A stretch of 64,000 bases of DNA from Actinomycetes bacterium (GTDB lineage Bacteria; Auribacterota; JAJCYG01), in NCBI GenBank assembly GCA_029263055.1, contig JAJCYG010000065.1:11458-75457 (forward strand), given 5' to 3'. Each line of letters starts with the position of its first letter. The stretch's first letter is position 1. This document shows positions 47,633 to 58,654 of the stretch, in pieces. The translations under genes and the position numbers were made by a program. The notes under the pieces are model-generated. The model did no database searches and was not told the DNA's origin. It saw nothing but the letters and a program-made list of their open reading frames with translations.

Positions 47633-48802
47633 ATGAAAACAGAATCACCGGTTCGAGAAAAATTTTTACCTGTGTCGTTACCTCAGATTGATCAAGAAGA
47701 GATTGATGAAGTGGTTGATTCCATGAAGTCGGGCTGGATTACTACCGGCCCTAAAGTCATGAAGTTTGAAGAAAAGTTTCAAGACTATTTTAATGTTCCT
47801 CATGCGGTTGCGTTGAATTCAGGAACAGCTGCGTTGCATATTTCTTATTTGACAGCAGGTATTGGGCCTGGGGATGAAGTGATCACCACTCCAATGACTT
47901 TTGCCGCAACAGTGAGCATGATCATGCTAGCAGGAGCTAAGCCTGTTTTAGTTGATATTGATTCAGCCACACTGAATCTTGATCCAAACTTAATTGAAAA
48001 AGCAATCACTCTTAAAACCAAAGCGATCGTGCCTGTTCATTTTGGGGGATTGCCATGTGACATGGATGCAATTAACGCTATTGCTAAAAAACATAATTTA
48101 AAAGTGATTGAAGATGCTGCCCATGCAGTTGGTTCGGAATATAAAGGAAAAAAGATAGGACAAATCAGCCCCTTTACCTGTTTTAGTTTTCATCCTATGA
48201 AAAATTTAACCACTGCTGAAGGGGGAATGGTGATTGCTCACTCAGAAGAAGATGCTGAGCAGCTTCGTTTACTTCGTTTCCATGGGATTGATAAAGATGC
48301 TTGGAAACGTTATGAGAAAAAAGGTTCGGCTCGTTATGGTGTGCACCAACTTGGTTTTAAATACAATATGCTTGATCTGCAAGCCGCAATTGGTTTGCAT
48401 CAATTAGATAAGCTGGCTCAATTTAATCATCGCCGTGCTGAGTTGGCTCAACTTTATTTAGGAGTGCTAAGTGATGTAGAAAATATCATCTTACCTCCGA
48501 TCAGTCCGGCTGATTCTGTGCATACATGGCATCTTTTTCCTGTTCAATTTGACATAGATAAAATAGGGAAGAGTCGCGAAGTGATTATGGATGAATTAAA
48601 AGCTGAGAATATTGGGACAGGGGTTCATTACGAAGCCATTCATTTGCATCCTTACTTTGGTGAAGCGTTAAAGTATGAACGAGGAGCCTTTCCAAAAGCA
48701 GAATTTATGTCTGACCGTGTGTTATCACTTCCTTTATTTCCGAAAATGACCAATCAAGATGTTGCTGATGTGGTTGCAGCCATCAAAAAGGTTCTAGGCT
48801 AA
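47633..48802 (+). CDS. DegT/ArnB-like PLP-dependent sugar aminotransferase (UDP-4-keto-sugar aminotransferase)
   Basis: FLPVSLPQIDQEEIDEV...SGWITTGPK matches the ArnB/DegT N-terminus, and the PLP-Lys region is SFHPMKNLTTAEGG. The start was moved to 47633. Confidence 0.85.
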   Translation: MKTESPVREKFLPVSLPQIDQEEIDEVVDSMKSGWITTGPKVMKFEEKFQDYFNVPHAVALNSGTAALHISYLTAGIGPGDEVITTPMTFAATVSMIMLAGAKPVLVDIDSATLNLDPNLIEKAITLKTKAIVPVHFGGLPCDMDAINAIAKKHNLKVIEDAAHAVGSEYKGKKIGQISPFTCFSFHPMKNLTTAEGGMVIAHSEEDAEQLRLLRFHGIDKDAWKRYEKKGSARYGVHQLGFKYNMLDLQAAIGLHQLDKLAQFNHRRAELAQLYLGVLSDVENIILPPISPADSVHTWHLFPVQFDIDKIGKSREVIMDELKAENIGTGVHYEAIHLHPYFGEALKYERGAFPKAEFMSDRVLSLPLFPKMTNQDVADVVAAIKKVLG

Positions 48803-50704
48803 ATGTGCGGACTTTCCGGGGTTTTTTTTGAAGACCCAACCCAACAGATTGAAGAAGTAGCTCTCATTGCCATGCGCGATGTCATGCAATTGCGTGGACC
48901 AGATGAAGCCGGTCTTTTTCGCGAGCCAGGGATAGGTCTGGGGCATCGTCGTCTTTCTGTGATTGATTTGGCTCAAGGGCATCAGCCGATGACCAATGAG
49001 AATGAATCTGTTTGGCTTGTCTATAATGGAGAAGTCTACAACTTTTCCAAACTCCGCTCTCAACTTCAAGGCAAAGGCTATTCTTTTAAAACTAACTCTG
49101 ACACGGAAGTGATTCTACGTGCCTATGAAGCTTATGGTGCGGATTGTGTGCAGCATTTTAATGGGATGTTTGCGTTTGCGATTTACGATAAAAAAGATCG
49201 CTCGCTCTTTATTGCCCGAGACCGCTTGGGAATCAAACCTCTTTATTACACGCATCAAAAAGGAATGTTTGCATTTGCTTCTTCTTTAAAAGCATTATTG
49301 AAGCATGCTGATGTTCCTCTTGAAATTGATAAAGAAGCACTGAATGAATACCTTCTTTTTGAATATGTGCCAGCCCCTCTTTCTATGGTTAAAAATGTGT
49401 TTAAGCTTTTACCGGGTCATCGCGCTCTGTTTAAAGATGGGAAATTAAAGATTGATAAGTATTGGGACTTAAATTATCAGAAGAAAGAGACTAAATCAGT
49501 TCCTGAGTTGTGTGAAGAGCTTAAAGACTTACTCCAGGCATCTGTTAAGCGTCGTCTTATTAGCGATGTGCCGCTCGGTGTTTTTTTGAGTGGTGGCATT
49601 GATTCGAGCGCGATTTTAAGTAGCATGACTGATTTAGGCCACGCCCCTTTAAAAACATTTTCTATTGGGTTTAAGGAAACCTCTTTTAATGAACTAAGCT
49701 ATGCTAGAAAAGTGGCGCAGTATTTTTCAACGGATCACAATGAAATGATGGTGACCCCGCAATCTTTGATTGATCTCTTTCCAAAGGTTTTAGAAGGGAT
49801 TGATGATCCAATAGGAGATCCTTCAGCCGTGCCGACTTATTTGGTTTCTCAATTAGCTCGTCAAAATGTCACAGTCTGTTTGTCTGGAGATGGAGGGGAT
49901 GAACTCTTTGCTGGTTATCCAACTTATCAAGCCTTAAAAATATGGCAGCTTTATTCAAAATTGCCAAAATCAATTCAAAAAGGGATTGCTTTAGGAGTGG
50001 CTGCGCTTCCAACCTCTTTTAGTGATATTAGCTTAGATTATAAATTAAAGAAATTTATGGAAGGAATGCCTTATCCGATTGAACAAGCTAATTTTTTATG
50101 GAAAGGGGCATTCCGTCCTGAAGAAAAAGAACGGCTGCTTTCACCTGAGTATTCTTTAACTCAAGATGGGTACAAAAACTACCAATCCTTAGAACCTTAC
50201 TTAAAGGGGTATCAAGGAAAGGGGCTTTTAGATAAACTATTGTTTCTAGATACCCATGTTTATATGCAAGATGACATTTTGGTTAAAGTCGATCGAATGA
50301 GTATGGCTAATTCATTAGAGGTGCGGGTTCCTCTTTTGGATCATACGATTGCTGAGTTTGCGGCTCGACTACCTGAGAATCTGAAGTTAAAAGGATTAAC
50401 CTCTAAGTTTCTTTTGAAAAAGACAATGGAGGGGAGTCTGCCTAAAGAGATTATCCACCGAAAGAAAAAGGGATTTGGAATTCCTTTTGCGGTTTGGGTG
50501 GCTGAGGCTCTGCTTAAAAACTTTGTGCTAGATTTTTTTGATGAAAAAAAGATTAATGAAGAAGGTTTCTTTAGGTTTGAAGAGATCAAACGCATTTTAG
50601 ATGACCACTTTGGCCAAAAACGAGACAATCGTAAATTGATTTGGACGTTGCTTGTTTTTATTGCTTGGTATCGCGAAGTGCTATCCATTAAAACAAATAG
50701 TTAA
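48803..50704 (+). CDS. Asparagine synthase (glutamine-hydrolysing) family amidotransferase
   Basis: The MCGLSG N-terminal Cys nucleophile and the SGGIDSS PP-loop identify the family. Confidence 0.85.
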   Translation: MCGLSGVFFEDPTQQIEEVALIAMRDVMQLRGPDEAGLFREPGIGLGHRRLSVIDLAQGHQPMTNENESVWLVYNGEVYNFSKLRSQLQGKGYSFKTNSDTEVILRAYEAYGADCVQHFNGMFAFAIYDKKDRSLFIARDRLGIKPLYYTHQKGMFAFASSLKALLKHADVPLEIDKEALNEYLLFEYVPAPLSMVKNVFKLLPGHRALFKDGKLKIDKYWDLNYQKKETKSVPELCEELKDLLQASVKRRLISDVPLGVFLSGGIDSSAILSSMTDLGHAPLKTFSIGFKETSFNELSYARKVAQYFSTDHNEMMVTPQSLIDLFPKVLEGIDDPIGDPSAVPTYLVSQLARQNVTVCLSGDGGDELFAGYPTYQALKIWQLYSKLPKSIQKGIALGVAALPTSFSDISLDYKLKKFMEGMPYPIEQANFLWKGAFRPEEKERLLSPEYSLTQDGYKNYQSLEPYLKGYQGKGLLDKLLFLDTHVYMQDDILVKVDRMSMANSLEVRVPLLDHTIAEFAARLPENLKLKGLTSKFLLKKTMEGSLPKEIIHRKKKGFGIPFAVWVAEALLKNFVLDFFDEKKINEEGFFRFEEIKRILDDHFGQKRDNRKLIWTLLVFIAWYREVLSIKTNS

Positions 50705-50714
50705 GAGGGCGGAT

Positions 50715-51326
50715 ATGTCTGAAGGACATGGCGAACATGACGAGTGGTTTTTTAAATACCCTTCGATCTATCGCTTTTTAAGAACCATTGTCAATCTTGG
50801 GCGATTCACTCAGCCTGTAAAAGAATACCTTCGAGCGACCCCTGAGGAGTCAGTGATTGATGTGGGGTGTGGAGTGGGAGACTTTTCAACAGTGGTTCCG
50901 GGTTCTTACGAGGGCTATGACTTGAATGAACGTTTTATTCAATATGCTCAGAAGAAATTTGGCAATGGGAACAAATCTTTTCATTTCAAGGACGTGTTGG
51001 CTTTACCTGAAACTCAACTTTATGACAAAGGGGTTGTTGTTAATATCATGCATCACTTCACTGATGAAGAACTGAAAATTTTATTGGCTCGCCTCAGAAA
51101 GTTAGTCACAAACTATTTTGTGATTGTGGATGCGGATTGGAACTCTTCTAATCGTTTTCAACGTTGGTTGCTCAATAAAGATCAGGGGAGTCATTTTCGT
51201 GATCGAAAAGATTTGCAAGCACTCTTGTCTCAATATTTTGATTTAGAAGACTTTTCTGTCTTTGAAACACGGTCAAAGTCTGTCTCTTTATTTCGATGCA
51301 TAGCGAAACCTAAACATGAAAATTAA
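50715..51326 (+). CDS. Class I SAM-dependent methyltransferase
   Basis: Motif I is VIDVGCGVGDFS. The start was moved to the ATG at 50715, which has an SD upstream. Confidence 0.55.
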   Translation: MSEGHGEHDEWFFKYPSIYRFLRTIVNLGRFTQPVKEYLRATPEESVIDVGCGVGDFSTVVPGSYEGYDLNERFIQYAQKKFGNGNKSFHFKDVLALPETQLYDKGVVVNIMHHFTDEELKILLARLRKLVTNYFVIVDADWNSSNRFQRWLLNKDQGSHFRDRKDLQALLSQYFDLEDFSVFETRSKSVSLFRCIAKPKHEN

Positions 51327-54300
51327 AGCTGAAAACTATCATTATATTCTTATCTTTTTTTTAGGTTTGACACCCCTTTTGTGGTTTGAGCCTGAGTATT
51401 TGATCAAACAGATTGATTTTGATCTTCCTTTAACTTTAGAGCGATTTAAAGCAACTTTTTTCTCTATGTGGGATTATCGGAATGGGGCAGGTCTGCCGCG
51501 TAGTTTGCATATGCCTGCTTTTATGTTTTTTCTTCCTCAAGCAGCCATGGGGCTTTTAGGGTTTTCGCTTGAAACCATCCAACGTTTTTTCTTTTGTTTT
51601 TGGTTTATGCTTCCTGGTTTTGCTTTTTACTATTTAATGAAGAGTTTGCTTCCTGAAAACAGTTTGGGAAATTATGCAGGACGGTTGGTTGCGGTTAGTT
51701 TTTATATGTTTAACCTTTATTTAGAACCGATTTGGATTGGTTTTAATATGGCTAACTTATCTTCTTATGTGGCTGTTCCCTTTGCATTAGGAGTTTTGAT
51801 TAAAAGCCTGCCTCAAAAAAGCTCTATCTATTTAACGGCATTTAAAGTTGCTTTAATTTTTACTCTGTTTCCAGCCATGGCAACCAACCCTTCTATGACT
51901 CTTATAGCAGCTGTTCCCTTTGTTGTTTTAGTGATTAAGTATCTTTTTGATGAAAAATTCAAATTAGCTTCGATTGGCTATATTATCGGTCTGCTCACTT
52001 TGACAGTCACTTTGTTAGGGCTTTTTAACCTTTATTGGATTTGGCCTGAGGTGAAAAAATTATTTGAAGCGAATATGGTTTTAACTTCTTCGGGTGTGAT
52101 GGGAGGGAGTCTTTCTGAGGATGTCTTTTTTGTGACAGATTGGCTAAAAGGGATTAGTTCGCGTACAAGTATTCCTGCTGTGATTAAAATGCAAGGGGAT
52201 TGGCCTTGGTATCAAGGGTACCGGGATTATGTGTCCACCTACTGGGGAAATCCTCTCTGGATTATTTTAGCTTGGTTTCCTTTTGCTCTTTCTGTCTTTG
52301 CTCTATGGAAAGCCAAACACCAATACAAATGGTTTTTTGGCGGGATGTTGATCGTGGCTCTTATATTAAGTACAGGGTTGCATCCTCCTTTTGGAATATT
52401 GTTTAAATTCTTATTAGAAAACGTGCCGCTCTTTTGGACGATTCGTAGCCCTTGGTATAAGTTTACCTTTTTAACTTGTCTGGGCTATGGTGTGTTAATT
52501 GGATTAGGTTCTCAAATCATTTTTAATGCGTTATCAACAAGAAAAACTAAGTGGCTTAATACACGTTACATTGCCATATTATTAATTTTTATTGCTGTAA
52601 GTCCTACTTATGCATTTCCGTTAGTTAAAGGAAAACATTTCAGACGTCCTGGTCCAGAACAAGGCTATCCCAATCATTTTAAACTTCCTTCTCATGCTAA
52701 AAAAGCAGCAGATTGGTTTAATCAGCAAAAAGAAGGAGGACGTATTCTAGACCTTCCTAGTCGTGGGATTACATACAATGAGTGGGGTTATGAAGGGTTT
52801 CTTCCTTTAATTGGTTATTTCACGCACTGGCCTTTAATGGTCGATAATCATCCACTCCATATTCCGTATCAAGGGGCTTGGGGATCTTCATGGATGTACA
52901 TGCAAAAACTGACACGGAATGCTTTTGAAAGAGGGTTGACCCCTTATGTGTCCAACTTAATGAGATTATTGCGCATTCGATATATTTTACATGAGCAAGA
53001 TTTTAAGTATCCAGTCCTTCCTTTTCCTACATCTGTTAAAGAAATTAATTCAAAGGTAGACTCTATGGTTGGAGTGGAACCAGCTAAAACATTTGAAGAT
53101 AAGTGGAGGGTCTGGGAATTAGAGAATTTGGTTCCAGAAGTCTATTCTATTGATAAGGTCTCTTTAGTGAATGGAAGTATTGATTCTTTTGTTCCATTGT
53201 CTGTTCGGATGAATGAAGAAGAACCTGGTTATGTGCTTTTGCCTGAAATAGGGAGTGAGACGTTTGAGACCTTGATTGCCGAGAAAACGATTGGTGAGGT
53301 GATTAGTTTTGAAGAGTCTCTTATGGATTGGGCTATTGAAAGTCTGAATCCTATTTATTTGCATCGTATCACGGTAAAAAATTCTGAAGAGTGGATGGTT
53401 TCTAAGACTAAAAAGTTTCTTCTTTCAAAGTCTGATGATTATTTGATCTTTGCTAAAAAGTTAGTCGCGAATCGAGAAATTAATTTAAGATTGGGTGTTG
53501 ATTTTACTCCTTATCCTCAGACAACAAAAATACATTGGAATTTAAATCTATTTCAACATTCGATTAAAGAGATTAAAAAATCAGATTTTCTTCCTGAGAA
53601 CGTTCAAATGGTTGCTTTAAAATCACTCGTGATTTTATTTGGAATCCAATACCAAGACGTCTCTTTTCATCTAGTGAAAAAAGCAGCCAATATTTTCTTA
53701 GATAAGAATAAGCAGGGAATTTGGAATCAAGCTTGTCTGGTAATTGATGGAAAAAGTGGATTGAATATAGACCAAGATGTACATCAACTTTCTCAAAAAT
53801 ACGAATCTAAAAAATGGGAGTTTTTGGGAACTCGATTTTTTGAAGAGGGAAGTCACCGGTTGTTTGCTCAAGCTGTTTTAAACAGGCGTTCGGTTTGGGA
53901 GTTTTATGTGGTGCCTAAACAACATTTTATGCAACGTTTTGAACAGGTCTTGAGTCTTTTTAAAGACAAGAGTGTGGGGCAGTCCTACCTTTTATCCTCT
54001 ACATCTAACTGGACTTCAGTAAGTGATTTAGAAAGGAAAAGTTATGTGATTACAGATGTTGAAGGATTGGAGGCCGAGTCAGATATTTATAACCGTACTT
54101 TTGGTTATTCTATTTTTAATAAAGAGTTTGAGTGTTCTGCTTCTGGGTCATATTCAATCATTGTAAAAAATGACTTTGATAAGCCTATAAAAAAATCTTT
54201 AGCTTTTAATGTTATTAGTCTTCAGAAGGGGCCGAAAACATTTGATGTTCAGTTTAATGGGAAAAAGATAAGGCAAATTATTGTTGATCCGATGCAAAAC

Positions 54301-55068
54301 TTTGCCATCTTTCTTAAGAATTTAGAGTTTAAACCAGGAAAGAATAGGGTTTCTCTTTCATTTTATGCCGGTGCTATTCCATTAGGAGAGCTTTTGGGTA
54401 ATGAGGAGCCTCGAGAGGTTCAGTTTGGTGTTCGAAATATTAGAGTGGGTGATTTGACTTTTAGGGAAAAATTTGTGATTCCTTCGGAAAGAGCCTTTAC
54501 TGTGAAATTATTTCCCTTTTTAGGAAAGAACCAAAATAAAAAAGCGTTTCAAGCCGCGAAACATATCTCTTCTGTTGTGATTGATGATCGAGAGTTGTTG
54601 TTGGAGGATGTTTTGGATGGAGAGAAAGGGATGTTTCTTCAAACCAAAGAGCCAATCTTATTAAAAGAGGGGACTCATTTTATTGGGTTTTCAAAGCAAA
54701 TGGACCCCGATTATTTTATTTTGTTACAGAGTGTTGTTAAACCTAAACCCTATGAGTCTAAGTTACAGTTTAAAAGGCTGAATCCAACTCGCATTGAGGC
54801 CCATCTCAACTTAGATCTCGATCAGATTCTTGTTTTTTCTGAAGCATTTGATGGAAAATGGCGTGCTTCTTCAAAAGAGAAAGAGTTTTTTCAGCATTTT
54901 AAGATCAATGGGTATGCTAATGGTTATCTTATCCCTGCTTCTAGTGGTAGAGAGATTACCTTAGAGTATTTTCCTCAAAGAGCTTTCCGTTTTGGGTTGT
55001 CTGTTTCTATACTTTCATTTTTATTGCTTTCACTAACAGCGTTATGGATTAGAAGGTCAAAAAAATAA
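51316..55068 (+). CDS. Large polytopic membrane protein, AftD/DUF3367-like GT-C family glycosyltransferase candidate (paralog 1 of 3)
   Basis: The N-terminal ~450 aa has many TM helices. Its conserved N-terminal block (LLWF...D..LP.T..R....F..W; P.F.F.LPQA..GLLG.S....QR..F..W) resembles the DUF3367 N-terminus. A large extracytoplasmic domain and a C-terminal TM anchor follow. Confidence 0.5.
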   Translation: MKIKAENYHYILIFFLGLTPLLWFEPEYLIKQIDFDLPLTLERFKATFFSMWDYRNGAGLPRSLHMPAFMFFLPQAAMGLLGFSLETIQRFFFCFWFMLPGFAFYYLMKSLLPENSLGNYAGRLVAVSFYMFNLYLEPIWIGFNMANLSSYVAVPFALGVLIKSLPQKSSIYLTAFKVALIFTLFPAMATNPSMTLIAAVPFVVLVIKYLFDEKFKLASIGYIIGLLTLTVTLLGLFNLYWIWPEVKKLFEANMVLTSSGVMGGSLSEDVFFVTDWLKGISSRTSIPAVIKMQGDWPWYQGYRDYVSTYWGNPLWIILAWFPFALSVFALWKAKHQYKWFFGGMLIVALILSTGLHPPFGILFKFLLENVPLFWTIRSPWYKFTFLTCLGYGVLIGLGSQIIFNALSTRKTKWLNTRYIAILLIFIAVSPTYAFPLVKGKHFRRPGPEQGYPNHFKLPSHAKKAADWFNQQKEGGRILDLPSRGITYNEWGYEGFLPLIGYFTHWPLMVDNHPLHIPYQGAWGSSWMYMQKLTRNAFERGLTPYVSNLMRLLRIRYILHEQDFKYPVLPFPTSVKEINSKVDSMVGVEPAKTFEDKWRVWELENLVPEVYSIDKVSLVNGSIDSFVPLSVRMNEEEPGYVLLPEIGSETFETLIAEKTIGEVISFEESLMDWAIESLNPIYLHRITVKNSEEWMVSKTKKFLLSKSDDYLIFAKKLVANREINLRLGVDFTPYPQTTKIHWNLNLFQHSIKEIKKSDFLPENVQMVALKSLVILFGIQYQDVSFHLVKKAANIFLDKNKQGIWNQACLVIDGKSGLNIDQDVHQLSQKYESKKWEFLGTRFFEEGSHRLFAQAVLNRRSVWEFYVVPKQHFMQRFEQVLSLFKDKSVGQSYLLSSTSNWTSVSDLERKSYVITDVEGLEAESDIYNRTFGYSIFNKEFECSASGSYSIIVKNDFDKPIKKSLAFNVISLQKGPKTFDVQFNGKKIRQIIVDPMQNFAIFLKNLEFKPGKNRVSLSFYAGAIPLGELLGNEEPREVQFGVRNIRVGDLTFREKFVIPSERAFTVKLFPFLGKNQNKKAFQAAKHISSVVIDDRELLLEDVLDGEKGMFLQTKEPILLKEGTHFIGFSKQMDPDYFILLQSVVKPKPYESKLQFKRLNPTRIEAHLNLDLDQILVFSEAFDGKWRASSKEKEFFQHFKINGYANGYLIPASSGREITLEYFPQRAFRFGLSVSILSFLLLSLTALWIRRSKK

Positions 55069-55069
55069 G

Positions 55070-58000
55070 ATGAAAAACGAATCAAAGTGGTCCTCTTTAT
55101 TTGATCTGAGTTTGATTTTTCTTTTTGGACTCTTGCCTTTAACTTGGTTTGTAGCAAACCATTTTATTCTTTCAGTTGATTCAAATCTTCCATTTACATT
55201 TGAGCGTTGGATTAACGAAGTCTTTTTTAGTTGGGACACGCACCTTCGAGCAGGGTGGTCGCCTCGGATGATTGAATCGACGCATTTCTTTTTCTTTGTG
55301 CAGTGGTTTTTTCAGTTTTTAGGGCTTGATTTATTAGGCGCACAACGAGCTGTTTTTGTTTTTTGGTTTATGTTGCCTGGATTTACTCAATACTTTTTTC
55401 TTCGATATCTTTTTCGAGACATGCCTCCTGTCGCCAAGCGACTAGCCTGTTTAGCAGGGGTGATGTTTTATATGTTTAATCTCTATCTAGAGCCGATTTG
55501 GTTAGGATTGAATGTGAGTAATTTGTTGGGATATGCGTTTCTGCCTTTATTACTTCGGATTTGGGTTCAAGTTTTAGAAGAACGTCGTTCCCCTGTGTTG
55601 TACGGCTTTTTATTTGCTTTGGTCTCTATCATGGCCTCAGGAATTGCCACAAATCCTGCCAATGTCTTTGTTTGTTCTATTCCTTTTTTTATTTTTGCTG
55701 CGATTGCTTTAGTTAAAGGCTTTAAAACAAAGGGTGGGGTGATTCATCTTATTTTATTCCTCTTTTTTACTCTGTTGTTTTCTCTGTTGTTTAATGCTTA
55801 TTGGATATTAACGGAATGGCAAAAAGTTTTTGTGACTTCTTTTGATTCAACAAAAGCAGCTGGTGAGGGCTTTATTGTTGAAGCATGGTTAGAAGGGGTC
55901 TCTAGGTACACGAGTTTTACTAATGTGATTCGTCTGTTAGGGAGTTGGACTTGGTTTGCTTCTCCTCGGGCATACAATACCTTGATTTTAACCAATCCAA
56001 TTTTTGTCATTTTTAGTTGGTTGGTTCCTGTCTTTGGTTTAATTGGACTGTTCTGTAAGACTCGTTATCGTTCTTTGTTTGGGGTCGTGCTTGTTTTAGG
56101 CATCATTCTCTCTATGGGAATCCATTTTCCTTTTAAACATGTTTATATGTGGATGGTGGAGCATGTCCCATTCTTTTGGTTGGTAAGAAGTCCTTGGTAT
56201 AAATTTATGATCTTAACTTGTTTGGGCTATTCATATTTTTTTGGAGTGGCTGCGGCTAAAATTTATCAGTGGGGAATGACGCCAAGTCGCAATCCTAAAA
56301 GGCGACGGCGTTTGACTTTTGCTGTTGTCTTTTTAGTGATTTTTCTTTCACCTATTTATGCGTTTCCTGTTTCTTTAGGAAAAATGTTTTTAAAACCAGA
56401 AGAGTCTAGTTATACAAATCATTTTCAAGTTCCTGAGTATGTTTATCAAACGAGCGATTATCTGAATAAAAAACCTGGGAATAATCGTATTTGGTCTCTG
56501 CCTGGAAAAGGTTTCTTCATGAATAACTGGGGCTTCTCTGGTTTTTCACCTTTTTTACCGTATGAGGTTTCCAAACCGATTCTTTACACAGATCACAACT
56601 TATCGATCCCTATTTCAGAGCAATGGCTCTCAGCTATTTCTCATCCCTTTCACATTATTCAGAATAGCTTTGAAAAGCAACTCACCCCTAATTTGTACCG
56701 AGTCTTAGGTCTTTTTAATGTAGATACACTTGTGACTGAAAATGATTTTAAATTCGCAGCATTGCCAGTTCCTTATTCTAAGAAAGAAATGAGTGACTCG
56801 GTTGAATTGCTTTGGGGAGTGGATAAAGAAAAATCATTTGGAGAATGGGATGTTTATCAATTGGCTCAACCTCAGCCTCTGATTTATAAAACTCAATCTG
56901 TTAATTTTGTTGAAGATCACATCGATGCACTGGTTCCTCTTTCAAATACAAACCAGTTAAATCGTTCTGCTTCATTTTTTGCTGAAGATTTGTCTGATAA
57001 GCAAAGAAACCTTCTTTTTCAAGACCAGGAAGTGAAGCACTTGGTTTTAAATAATCGATCCTGGTTTGATTTGGCTGTTGATTTGATGGAGCCTATTGAA
57101 AAAGTTCGCCTCTCTTTTGATAAAAAAGAGATTCCAGCCATTGAAATTAATGTGTCTGAAACAGGCTTTTATTATTTCTATGCGACTGCAGGTCGATCTA
57201 TAGGCTGGACGCGGCCTCGGCCTTTAGTCGATAAGCAGGAACTGGCTCAGACCCTTCCTGTGCAGTGGAGTCCTAATCTATTAGAAAAAGAGAATTGGCT
57301 TTCTGTAAACCAAATTCAAATTAAGCCAGTTTTATTTCAAGATCGTCCTAAAAAAGAGATGAATCAAGCGATCAAATGGGAAATGGTGGGGCAGCTTTAC
57401 TTGGAAGAGGGAAAACAGGAGCTTCGAGTAGAAGGATGGCAGCCAGACAAAGGGAATGTGACTGTTGCGGTTGTGCCTAAAGAAGAGGCTCAAGTCAAGC
57501 TGAGTCGCGTGCAAGAGCTCTATAAGAGTTCAACACTTTCTGTTTCTCAGTTCTTATCAACAGATTCTGCTTGGAGGCATGGGGGATGGGCACAAACCGA
57601 TCCTGGATTAGTGTCTCCTGATCCTGCTGTTAAATGGAAGCTAGCTGGCGTTTTTGAAAAATTGTTTGAGTTTCAAGGTTCTTCTCAGTGGCATCAATTG
57701 AGGCATGATGATATTGCGCTTGAGATTGAGAACAATCAGAAAGAATTGAAGCAGACTCGATTGGCTTTTAAGGTACTTTCCATTCAACCGACTCAAAGAG
57801 AAATTTATGTTTTTTTAAATGGAGAGCGGATTCAAAAGCTTAACGTTGAACCGATGGAAGAGTTAGGGGTTTCTGTTTTATTACAGCTAAATCCAGGTTT
57901 GAATAAAGTGCATTTTCAAACAAATGGATCGCCTGAGCCAATCAGTAAATTCTATAAAAATGATGATGAGCGTAGAGTGATTATGCTGGCAAAACAAATT

Positions 58001-58654
58001 GAGATAGGGCACCTTTCTTTTGTTTCGGATCTTTACTTGCCTGAAAGAGAGTCTTTTGTGGTTCGAGTCTATCCTTTTCGAGTACAAAAAGAGAGGGATC
58101 CTGAATTTTCAGATTTAAATAGAACGTTGAAGATTAATAACAAAGCTCTTCCTTTAAAAATGACAAAAGGGGAGTTTGGAGCACCTTATTGGGAGTCTGC
58201 CCAGCTTCATTCTTTTTCTGGAAAAAGAGTAAAGATTGAGTTTAAAGAAAGAGAAGGAAATCGTTATTTTATTGAAGTTCTTTCGGGGCAACCTGCTTCC
58301 CTTGAGAATGAGTCCCTTGTTGAGTTTACTCGACTTAATCCAACTAAGATTGAAGGGAGCCTTCAAACCAACAAGCCTGAATGGTTTATCTTTAGTGAAT
58401 CGTTTGATCCTCGGTGGGTTCTTTTGATTAATGGAAAAGAGTTTTTGCCCATTAAAGTAAATAGCTATGCCAATGCTTATAAAATTCCTTCTACAAATGG
58501 AGAGGTTGTTTCATTTGAATTGGAGTTTGGGCCTCAGAAGTGGATGTGGCGAGGCATTCGAATCTCTTTAGCCAGCTTGGCAGGATCGACTTTATTTGTT
58601 TTGATCTTATTGCTTTTTAAACGCCACTATCGTAGAAAAAAGTACACTCAGTAG
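55070..58654 (+). CDS. AftD/DUF3367-like GT-C family membrane protein (paralog 2 of 3)
   Basis: Same architecture and N-terminal motifs as 51316-55068. Confidence 0.5.
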   Translation: MKNESKWSSLFDLSLIFLFGLLPLTWFVANHFILSVDSNLPFTFERWINEVFFSWDTHLRAGWSPRMIESTHFFFFVQWFFQFLGLDLLGAQRAVFVFWFMLPGFTQYFFLRYLFRDMPPVAKRLACLAGVMFYMFNLYLEPIWLGLNVSNLLGYAFLPLLLRIWVQVLEERRSPVLYGFLFALVSIMASGIATNPANVFVCSIPFFIFAAIALVKGFKTKGGVIHLILFLFFTLLFSLLFNAYWILTEWQKVFVTSFDSTKAAGEGFIVEAWLEGVSRYTSFTNVIRLLGSWTWFASPRAYNTLILTNPIFVIFSWLVPVFGLIGLFCKTRYRSLFGVVLVLGIILSMGIHFPFKHVYMWMVEHVPFFWLVRSPWYKFMILTCLGYSYFFGVAAAKIYQWGMTPSRNPKRRRRLTFAVVFLVIFLSPIYAFPVSLGKMFLKPEESSYTNHFQVPEYVYQTSDYLNKKPGNNRIWSLPGKGFFMNNWGFSGFSPFLPYEVSKPILYTDHNLSIPISEQWLSAISHPFHIIQNSFEKQLTPNLYRVLGLFNVDTLVTENDFKFAALPVPYSKKEMSDSVELLWGVDKEKSFGEWDVYQLAQPQPLIYKTQSVNFVEDHIDALVPLSNTNQLNRSASFFAEDLSDKQRNLLFQDQEVKHLVLNNRSWFDLAVDLMEPIEKVRLSFDKKEIPAIEINVSETGFYYFYATAGRSIGWTRPRPLVDKQELAQTLPVQWSPNLLEKENWLSVNQIQIKPVLFQDRPKKEMNQAIKWEMVGQLYLEEGKQELRVEGWQPDKGNVTVAVVPKEEAQVKLSRVQELYKSSTLSVSQFLSTDSAWRHGGWAQTDPGLVSPDPAVKWKLAGVFEKLFEFQGSSQWHQLRHDDIALEIENNQKELKQTRLAFKVLSIQPTQREIYVFLNGERIQKLNVEPMEELGVSVLLQLNPGLNKVHFQTNGSPEPISKFYKNDDERRVIMLAKQIEIGHLSFVSDLYLPERESFVVRVYPFRVQKERDPEFSDLNRTLKINNKALPLKMTKGEFGAPYWESAQLHSFSGKRVKIEFKEREGNRYFIEVLSGQPASLENESLVEFTRLNPTKIEGSLQTNKPEWFIFSESFDPRWVLLINGKEFLPIKVNSYANAYKIPSTNGEVVSFELEFGPQKWMWRGIRISLASLAGSTLFVLILLLFKRHYRRKKYTQ